Shown piece after piece: positions 37,790 to 43,589 of a stretch of DNA of 43,589 bases; position 1 is the stretch's first letter, and each line of letters opens with the position of its first letter. The DNA is from a virus. Lineage: Duplodnaviria; Caudoviricetes. A model generated the notes under the pieces. The model was not told the DNA's origin and made no database searches. It was given only the letters and a program-made list of their open reading frames with translations. Made by a program: the position numbers and the translations under genes. The stretch covers positions 1 through 43,589 of the IMG/VR virus record IMGVR_UViG_3300017903_000243. The stretch is one strand, 5' to 3'.

Positions 37790-38298
37790 AACTTTTTATC
37801 TTATAGCGTTTATTCGTACTGATTAAACCTAGTTAATGGCTCAATCAAAATAGCCGTTTGATATAGAAAGTTTGCCTATACCGCACCACTATTTAGAACT
37901 ATTACTTTTTTCGTTTCGAGTTTTGCGTTTGCTACCCGTGACCCTTTATCAACCTATTGTCTATACTTAGGCATCTCAAATACTGAGGACTGTTTCTATA
38001 TGAAACCACGCTTTTCGCTTAGACATAATCTAAACTAGTTTGAGCTATACCCTAAGACACTATTTGAATACTTACCTTCGGAGTAAGTAACAACTAGAAT
38101 TGTTTTAGCTGAATATCGGTCAATGCGGTGTTACCATAACCGCATGTCAGTTTACTGTAACTAAATGTTACTATGGATAGATCTACTAGTTAAATCACTG
38201 ACTAAAAATAACCGTGCAGTGTAGACCTAAAATTTCAAATAACGTGGACTTACAAGTGAGGCCTAATGCTAAAACAGCTCCGACTAATGCTATGCCAT
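37790..38298 (-). ncRNA. candidate large structured non-coding RNA / leader
   Basis: No credible ORF; nested long-range pairings and many hairpins downstream of a promoter. Family unknown. Confidence 0.45.
38231..38244 (-). promoter_or_regulatory. boxA-like antitermination motif
   Basis: CGTTATTTGAAATT ~55 nt after the predicted start, resembling rrn boxA (GCTCTTTAACA/GTTCTTTGAAA type). Confidence 0.4.
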
Positions 38299-38304
38299 AA
38301 GACC

Positions 38305-38370
38305 GTGTTAAACTAATTGAAAAATAGCGTCAAGTAAAAAAATAAAAAAAAGATAAAAATAATTTTTCAT
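38305..38370 (-). promoter_or_regulatory. early promoter with UP-element-like tract
   Basis: TTGACG (38328-38333)-N17-TAACAC (38305-38310), preceded by a long T-rich tract on the minus strand. Confidence 0.55.
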
Positions 38371-38710
38371 AGTACAAAAACGACAAGTAAATGTTCTGTT
38401 TACGACATAAAATGAGCTGGAATTAGTCATATTCAAATTATTGAATTTACTCTCAGACTGGCTGTATTAGCTCGCTATGAGTTTCCTATGAGCTGCGGTA
38501 TAACTGATGCTGAATTTTTAAGGTAACTCAGCGGTCTTTATATTGGCGCTATGTTCAAATTTATTTTGTAATTCTGGCTGTATTTTGGCTATGTTCACTC
38601 TCAGGAAACTTTCCTAGTAGGAACATTCGTGCACCCACAGGAACTATGATAGTATTCACGGTTTGTTCTCTTGTTCTTGTTCTGTTCTGATGTACATAAA
38701 CTTTTTGTTT

Positions 38711-38873
38711 TTGCGAATGGTTCGCAAGTATAACGTAATGTTATAACATAACAGCCCCCATCTAATAGTATATTGTATAAAATATTCAATGTTTTGAATA
38801 TGTTACGTATTCGAATATGTGAATATGTTTTTTGATAGTAGTCTGTGAGATAAATGTTATGTTATAACGTAAC
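38711..38873. repeat. cluster of palindromes and inverted repeats (probable genome-end region)
   Basis: TTGCGAA-TGG-TTCGCAA; 19-bp inverted pair 38735-38753 / 38855-38873 (17/19) built on TGTTATAAC; GAATATGT x3. Confidence 0.6.
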
Positions 38874-39046
38874 GGGTGCATGGGTCACTGGGGGTATGCC
38901 CGTATGTATATATACCCAATGACAGAAATGGGGTTTTTTAGTTTGGACAAATTGTCGCACCTTTTACTAAAAATACCCTGTTAACCTTTATTTTGTGATC
39001 ACATTTAGTAAATTACAACGTTTTTAAAAATAAATAAAAATAGGAC

Positions 39047-39075
39047 TTGACTTCGGGGGCAACATACATTATAAT
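39047..39075 (+). promoter_or_regulatory. sigma70 promoter
   Basis: TTGACT-N17-TATAAT with an A-tract upstream. Confidence 0.8.
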
Positions 39076-39077
39076 TA

Positions 39078-39185
39078 TACTTAATGTATTACTTAAAGTA
39101 ACCTTAAGTAACTTAAAGTTTATTAATTACTACTATTATTAATAGTTATTAAATACTTAAAGTAACTTTAAGTATACTTAAAGAC
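39078..39185. repeat. palindrome array 2 (WACTTWAAGTW units flanking an AT-rich spacer)
   Basis: Units at 39078, 39090, 39100, 39110, then a spacer with ATTACTACTAT, then units at 39154, 39164, 39175. Confidence 0.85.
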
Positions 39186-39225
39186 AAAAATTACAATTTT
39201 TTTTTGTCGTAGCACATAAAAAGTG

Positions 39226-39254
39226 TTGACTTTACCAAAAAATTTAGGTATAAC
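39226..39254 (+). promoter_or_regulatory. sigma70-type promoter
   Basis: TTGACT-N17-TATAAC(TAG), the same -10 context as the 24366 promoter. Confidence 0.7.
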
Positions 39255-39257
39255 TAG

Positions 39258-39512
39258 ATGAAGAAACCAGCAATGTATTCTTCTGACAATGTCGTAGAAG
39301 AATTTTACAGAGCATTAGCTTCAGAAGATGAAGGTAAACTACGTAGAGTACACATTCCTAGATCCGATGTGTTCTACATTAGAGAAAAAATACGAAATGA
39401 TACAGGTATAAAGTACTCTCTAGACAGGGTAGAGAGAGCTATGTACCTTGAAGGCTATTTAAAAGCTAAAGATGTATTAGATCCTAGAAGAAAGCGAGAA
39501 TGGGAAAAGTAA
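39258..39512 (+). CDS. hypothetical protein (first gene of + arm)
   Basis: 84 aa. The start may be ATG 39273, given the promoter position. Confidence 0.7.
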   Translation: MKKPAMYSSDNVVEEFYRALASEDEGKLRRVHIPRSDVFYIREKIRNDTGIKYSLDRVERAMYLEGYLKAKDVLDPRRKREWEK

Positions 39513-39516
39513 AATT

Positions 39517-39738
39517 ATGGATAATGCAGAACTTCAAGAGTTACAAGACAATATTAAAGAGATGGAACGAGAGCTTGCAGAAAAAAAGAAGGCTCTAAGA
39601 GAAGCAAAATATGCAGGATTGCGCACAGCTATGCAAGCACGTAAAGAAGCTGATGAAGCTATACGTCAAGAGCTAAAAGATTTAGGTGTACAAGCTACAT
39701 CTTTTGGACAACCCTTTCATTATCACTGGAAATTCTAA
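39517..39738 (+). CDS. coiled-coil hypothetical protein
   Basis: 73 aa, heptad-rich. Confidence 0.7.
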   Translation: MDNAELQELQDNIKEMERELAEKKKALREAKYAGLRTAMQARKEADEAIRQELKDLGVQATSFGQPFHYHWKF

Positions 39739-39741
39739 AAA

Positions 39742-40071
39742 ATGGTAGTAGATTTTGACATTGATGGTGACGGAAAGATCACAGAAGAAGAAGTAGCTAT
39801 GAAAGAACGTATGCTTGAGATAGAGCTACGTGAAGAAAAAGCAGAATCGCAGAAGTTTATGGCTTGGGTAGCTATGGGTATGATGATTATCTTTACTATC
39901 TTCTTATTTACTCCACTAATGTCAGATTCTAGAGTAAACGCCCTTGCAGATTTGCTTGGGCTATTTTATATTGCACAGACTGGTGTAATAGCAGCGTATA
40001 TGGGTGCTACAGCTTACATGGCAGGTAAGCCAATGGGTAATAAAGTAGCTATGAAGAAGGATATGAGATGA
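39742..40071 (+). CDS. putative holin with N-terminal EF-hand loop
   Basis: DIDGDGKITEEE followed by two TM helices; ATGA overlap with the endolysin. Confidence 0.65.
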   Translation: MVVDFDIDGDGKITEEEVAMKERMLEIELREEKAESQKFMAWVAMGMMIIFTIFLFTPLMSDSRVNALADLLGLFYIAQTGVIAAYMGATAYMAGKPMGNKVAMKKDMR

Positions 40072-40535
40072 GTTTTAGATTAAGTCAGAGATCAATGGAC
40101 AGATTAGAGGGTGTACATCCTGCTATGACTGGAGTAGTAGAAAGAGCTATTCAGATTACAGATGTAGACTTTGGAGTTACGCAGGGTGTAAGAACTTTTG
40201 AAGAACAGCAAGCAAATGTAGCTGCAGGAAGATCTCAGACTATGAAATCTAAGCACCTACTACAGGACGATGGGTTTAGTCATGCAGTAGACGTAGTAGC
40301 TTATGTAGGATCAGATGTGTCATGGGAGTTAAATCTCTACGATAATATCTGCGATGCTTTTAAACAAGCAGCAGAAGAAACAGGAGCAGCTATTAAATGG
40401 GGAGCTGCCTGGTCTGAAGGAGATATTAGGTCGTATCCTGGCTCTGCTGAGGATGCTATGATGGCATACGTAGACTTACGTAGGTCACAGGGACGTAGGC
40501 CATTTATTGATGCGCCTCATTTTGAGTTGATGTAA
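40068..40535 (+). CDS. endolysin, M15 family L-Ala-D-Glu peptidase
   Basis: 'SQRS..RLEGVHP', 'GVRT..EQ', 'SKHL......HAVD', 'IKWG' and 'DAPHFEL'. Confidence 0.9.
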   Translation: MSFRLSQRSMDRLEGVHPAMTGVVERAIQITDVDFGVTQGVRTFEEQQANVAAGRSQTMKSKHLLQDDGFSHAVDVVAYVGSDVSWELNLYDNICDAFKQAAEETGAAIKWGAAWSEGDIRSYPGSAEDAMMAYVDLRRSQGRRPFIDAPHFELM

Positions 40536-40900
40536 TGCGATGGTTACTGGTCGCTCTATTCTTATCTTCTTGTGGTTTGAGTACTCTGCTACCGCTAGGC
40601 GGATCAGGCGGGCCTACAGTAAATTCTAATGCACAAATAGGTGCAGAAAATAGACAGGCAGTAATGTCTGTAGAAAATACTACATCTGCAGGAAGAGATA
40701 TAGTTACAAAAGAGGTAGAAACTGGTCAAGTGGAAAACTTAGATATTACCAACACTAATATACCCCCCTGGGTAATGCTACTTTTAATACTTGGTTGGTT
40801 ACTACCTACTCCTACAGAAATAGCTAGAGGTTTTATGAATTTTGTGCTAACATTGTTTGGAAGAAAAGATAATCCCAAATATGAAAGATACAAATCATGA
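40535..40900 (+). CDS. unimolecular spanin
   Basis: Lipobox LSSC at the N-terminus and a TM helix near the C-terminus (PPWVMLLLILGWLLP); follows the endolysin. Confidence 0.75.
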   Translation: MRWLLVALFLSSCGLSTLLPLGGSGGPTVNSNAQIGAENRQAVMSVENTTSAGRDIVTKEVETGQVENLDITNTNIPPWVMLLLILGWLLPTPTEIARGFMNFVLTLFGRKDNPKYERYKS

Positions 40901-41139
40901 GAAACTATAAGAACGAGTATAAAAAGTATCAAGGTACAACTGTACAAAAGAAAAAGAGGGCTTCTCGTAATGCAGCTCGTAATACTTTAAAGAAAGCAGG
41001 AATAGTTAAAAAAGGCGATGGCAAGGACGTAAATCACCGTAACGGTAATCCTATGGACAATCGGGCAAAGAACCTGTCAGTAACAACTAAACGTGCTAAC
41101 AGATCTTTTCCTAGAAATAGTAGAGCAGGAAAAAGATAA
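40897..41139 (+). CDS. small basic HNH-motif protein
   Basis: 'GDGKDVNHRNGNPMDN...NL......NRS'. Confidence 0.7.
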   Translation: MRNYKNEYKKYQGTTVQKKKRASRNAARNTLKKAGIVKKGDGKDVNHRNGNPMDNRAKNLSVTTKRANRSFPRNSRAGKR

Positions 41140-41456
41140 TGGCAATACCCGAACGTGTCAAAAACAAAATGAAAGAGGTTGGACTTAAAGCAGTAAACAA
41201 ACCTCAACGTCTTAATGATAACAGTGGTAAGTCCCATCATGTTATGGCCTCTGAGGGTGGTAAGTACAAATACATCAAGTTTGGACAAAAAGGTGTAAAG
41301 ACAAACCAGACTGTCGGGCAACGTGAAGCTTTTAAGTCACGTCATGCAAAGAATATTAAAAAGGGTAAAATGTCTGCTGCATATTGGGCAGACAAGGTTA
41401 AATGGAGTCCGTCAAAGACAAAGTCTCCATCAAAAAAATGGAAAAAAGGATCATAA
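41139..41456 (+). CDS. basic hypothetical protein
   Basis: 105 aa: 'KSHHV.A......IKFGQ.G...R.AFKSRH...SAAYWA....W'. Confidence 0.7.
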   Translation: MAIPERVKNKMKEVGLKAVNKPQRLNDNSGKSHHVMASEGGKYKYIKFGQKGVKTNQTVGQREAFKSRHAKNIKKGKMSAAYWADKVKWSPSKTKSPSKKWKKGS

Positions 41457-41457
41457 A

Positions 41458-41823
41458 ATGAAAACAACAGCAATCGCAACTGTAGTTGCACTAGCAGCTA
41501 CATCAACATCAGCTATGGATTTTTCTGTCGCAGGACAGACACTATCCATCGGTGCAGACTCTGATATCAACTATACTACTGGTATAGAAGAATGGGAATG
41601 GGAACTAACTCCATCAGCAGGGATAACTGCTATGGGTATTGGATTAAGTGTAGCTACGGATATTGATATGCTAGAGCTAGACGAAGGAGACATCTTTCAA
41701 GGTCTAGACTTTACTGCAAAGTATGAAATACCTAGCACTTTTATGAGTTTATATACTGAAGTATCTACAGATTCTGATCTAGAGTTTGGTGACATTACAG
41801 TAGGGGCTATGGCTAGCTTCTAA
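41458..41823 (+). CDS. secreted outer-membrane beta-barrel-like protein
   Basis: Signal peptide MKTTAIATVVALAATSTSA, alternating beta strands, C-terminal Phe; AAGGA RBS supports the 41458 start. Confidence 0.6.
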   Translation: MKTTAIATVVALAATSTSAMDFSVAGQTLSIGADSDINYTTGIEEWEWELTPSAGITAMGIGLSVATDIDMLELDEGDIFQGLDFTAKYEIPSTFMSLYTEVSTDSDLEFGDITVGAMASF

Positions 41824-42014
41824 TGTGGTTAGCCATAGTTATGTTTTGCATAACACCTGTAGATGCCAGTACGTGTACTCTTACGGTAAACAATGAAAAT
41901 TTATATAATAGCAAACAAAGTTGTCGTAAAGAAATGCGTAATATGGTAGATAATTTTATTAGTAGGGGTATCTTTTCACAAGGTACTTGTATAGAGATAG
42001 GAGTTTCGTTATGA
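41823..42014 (+). CDS. small Cys-containing hypothetical protein
   Basis: 63 aa, hydrophobic N-terminus, four Cys. Confidence 0.6.
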   Translation: MWLAIVMFCITPVDASTCTLTVNNENLYNSKQSCRKEMRNMVDNFISRGIFSQGTCIEIGVSL

Positions 42015-42103
42015 AAATACTAAAAGGAATTTGGACATACGTTAAACGTCTTGTAAAAGCATTATTAAATATGAAGTGTTGTCCAGAGTGTGTGTGTAAG
42101 TAA
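42011..42103 (+). CDS. 30-aa peptide (not in ORF track)
   Basis: MKILKGIWTYVKRLVKALLNMKCCPECVCK*; AGGAG RBS, ATGA overlap. Confidence 0.55.
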   Translation: MKILKGIWTYVKRLVKALLNMKCCPECVCK

Positions 42104-42421
42104 ATGCCTATTAAAAAAGTACCAGGTGGATATAAATGGGGAAGTAAAGGCAAGGTTTATAAAACCCGTGCAGGTGCTGAACGACAAGCAAAAGCTGCTT
42201 ACGCAAGTGGGTATAAAAAACAAGGTATGTCTACTGGCGGAGTTGCAAAGAAGAGTAAGGTAAATGAGGCAGGTAATTATACCAAGCCTGGGATGCGCAA
42301 GAGTCTATTCAACTCAATCAAGGCTGGAAGTAAAGGCGGCAACCCAGGCCAATGGTCAGCCCGAAAAGCTCAGATGTTGGCTAAACAATACAAAGCAAAA
42401 GGCGGAGGCTACAAGTCGTGA
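42104..42421 (+). CDS. basic hypothetical protein (two-module fusion)
   Basis: 'GGYKWG..GK.Y.....AE.Q..A' joined to 'NYTKP..RK......AGSKGG.PGQWSARKAQ.....YK..GGGY'. Confidence 0.7.
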   Translation: MPIKKVPGGYKWGSKGKVYKTRAGAERQAKAAYASGYKKQGMSTGGVAKKSKVNEAGNYTKPGMRKSLFNSIKAGSKGGNPGQWSARKAQMLAKQYKAKGGGYKS

Positions 42422-42654
42422 AAGCCCCTCAAAAAAGTCTAAAAAAGTGGACAAAACAAAAGTGGCGTACAAAGAGTGGGAAGCCTAGTTCTAAAACTGG
42501 TGAGCGTTATCTACCTACTTCGGCTATTAAGTCTCTTAGCAGCGCTGAGTATGCCGCTACAACCAGAGCTAAACGAAAAGGCAAGGCGGCAGGTAAGCAG
42601 CATGTGGCTCAACCTAAGAAGATCGCAAAAAAGACCAGAGCCTTTAGGAAATAA
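42418..42654 (+). CDS. basic hypothetical protein
   Basis: 'QKSLKKWTKQKWRT......GERYLP..A...LS..EY.AT...KR'; GTG start with GGAGG RBS. Confidence 0.7.
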   Translation: MKAPQKSLKKWTKQKWRTKSGKPSSKTGERYLPTSAIKSLSSAEYAATTRAKRKGKAAGKQHVAQPKKIAKKTRAFRK

Positions 42655-42656
42655 AT

Positions 42657-42962
42657 ATGGCGAAGAAACCAGATCCAAAAGTAGGAACAGGTAAAAAACC
42701 CAAAGGTTCTGGACGTAGACTATATACGGATGAGAATCCAAAAGATACAGTACCAATTAAGTTTGCTACTATGGCTGATGCAAAAGCTACAGTGGCTAAA
42801 GTAAAAAAGATAAAAAAACCCTATGCAAGAAAAATTCAGATCTTGACAGTTGCCGAACAACGTGCTAAAGTTATGGGTAAGACAGCAATTGCAAATGTCT
42901 TTAAACAAGCTAAAGCAGAGTTGAGAAGGAAACACAAGAAAGATGCCGTATCTACAAAGTAG
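42657..42962 (+). CDS. basic hypothetical protein
   Basis: 'GTGKKPKGSGRRLYTDENPKDTV.IKF.T'. Confidence 0.7.
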   Translation: MAKKPDPKVGTGKKPKGSGRRLYTDENPKDTVPIKFATMADAKATVAKVKKIKKPYARKIQILTVAEQRAKVMGKTAIANVFKQAKAELRRKHKKDAVSTK

Positions 42963-43589
42963 TATACCTTACTTCAAAGCATGGGTTCGTAAAGAGTATA
43001 CAAAGAATTTAGAAGATTATCACGGAGAGTTCTTACATGCTATGGTAATTGGTGTAACCACCATGCCAAACAGAACTCTAAGTTTTCAAGTTATATTTAC
43101 AGGTTGTGAGTCAGACTTCGATGATTCAGAAAATGTACATGGTGGTGCAATGTGGGCAAGAATGCCTCTAACAGCACTCGTGGCAGATACCCCCCTAGAG
43201 GAATGGCCTACAGAGCTACCACCATATTTAGCACAACCCTGGGATTGTATGTCGCATACACACTCAGTATATAAATTAGAAAGAGCTACACCTGCTCCTT
43301 GGATAGCCAAAGTAGACGGTGAGTTCTATCCTGCAAAGTACTACTTTACAGTAGACTACACTGACAACGAAGTAGCAGACGATCCTGCTCAACACAAACA
43401 GTCACACGTTTTAGAGTTGTTAGATGCAGGAGAATACACAGGTAACATGGTTGCGTTGCCCAATAATAGAGTGAGAGTAACTCACCCTGCATGGTTTGAA
43501 ACTGGAGAAGGTGCACCAGATTTTAAACCTAACCAACATATTTATAACTCGAAAGAAAACGTAGACTATGTATGGGATACGCAACGAGT
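42943..43589 (+). CDS. conserved phage hypothetical protein (3' truncated; not in ORF track)
   Basis: Open frame MPYLQSSIPYFKAWVRKEY...GGAMWARMP...QPWDC...QHKQSH...ALPNNRV to the window end. Confidence 0.75.
   Translation, partial: MPYLQSSIPYFKAWVRKEYTKNLEDYHGEFLHAMVIGVTTMPNRTLSFQVIFTGCESDFDDSENVHGGAMWARMPLTALVADTPLEEWPTELPPYLAQPWDCMSHTHSVYKLERATPAPWIAKVDGEFYPAKYYFTVDYTDNEVADDPAQHKQSHVLELLDAGEYTGNMVALPNNRVRVTHPAWFETGEGAPDFKPNQHIYNSKENVDYVWDTQR

Noticed and set aside
37790-38298. Cobalamin riboswitch, tmRNA or tRNA identity for the structured region
   Set aside because: No B12-box or GGGAA/GCCACTG core and no T-arm or acceptor stem recognised. A GCA AAC frame exists but does not end in a tag-like AA.
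38601-38789. 62-aa ORF in the non-coding region
   Set aside because: It runs through palindromic repeats, has no RBS and is not protein-like.
38731-38873. dif-like XerCD site (TTATGTTA resemblance)
   Set aside because: No proper 11-6-11 arrangement with a XerC arm.
39078-39185. Palindrome arrays as a CRISPR array
   Set aside because: Units are 11 bp and abut each other without unique spacers. The only Cas4-like gene is an ordinary phage exonuclease.
41323-41457. Upstream extension of the OMP-like ORF (also the longer starts at 24212, 29864, 31202 and 32553)
   Set aside because: These overlap upstream genes. Downstream starts have an RBS, a signal peptide or stop/start coupling.

Overview
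This window is most of the genome of a marine podovirus resembling the cobavirus / SIO1 / CRP-type roseophages (Zobellviridae-like; family assignment inferred from gene content and layout). The sequence appears circularly permuted. Bases 1-20.8 kb (+) hold the virion module: tail tubular proteins, tail fibre, two paralogous fibre/receptor-binding cassettes, internal virion proteins and a lysozyme. A hairpin terminator at ~20.83 kb separates it from the convergent replication/early arm (20.85-37.67 kb, -): class II B12-dependent RNR, MazG, nucleases, SSB, family A DNA polymerase, primase-helicase, ThyX, SleB-like hydrolase, tyrosine recombinase, M28-like peptidase with a Zn-finger partner, and a pyrimidine-dimer glycosylase-like protein. 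A 1.6 kb non-coding divergent region (37.67-39.26 kb) probably contains the genome-end junction. The + arm then restarts with the lysis cassette, a small OMP-like gene and a cluster of very basic small proteins. No phage RNA polymerase, terminase, portal or complete capsid gene is in the window. Most notable unexplained items: (i) a ~500-nt highly structured minus-strand RNA behind an rrn-like promoter with a boxA-like motif; (ii) two copies of a TACTTWAAGTA palindrome array, one directly upstream of a micropeptide-coupled tyrosine recombinase; (iii) uncalled or unannotated small ORFs resembling the ribosome factors ArfA and RMF; (iv) an EF-hand holin candidate; (v) a cupredoxin-like insert in a tail fibre. 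All family calls are by motif recognition, not database search.
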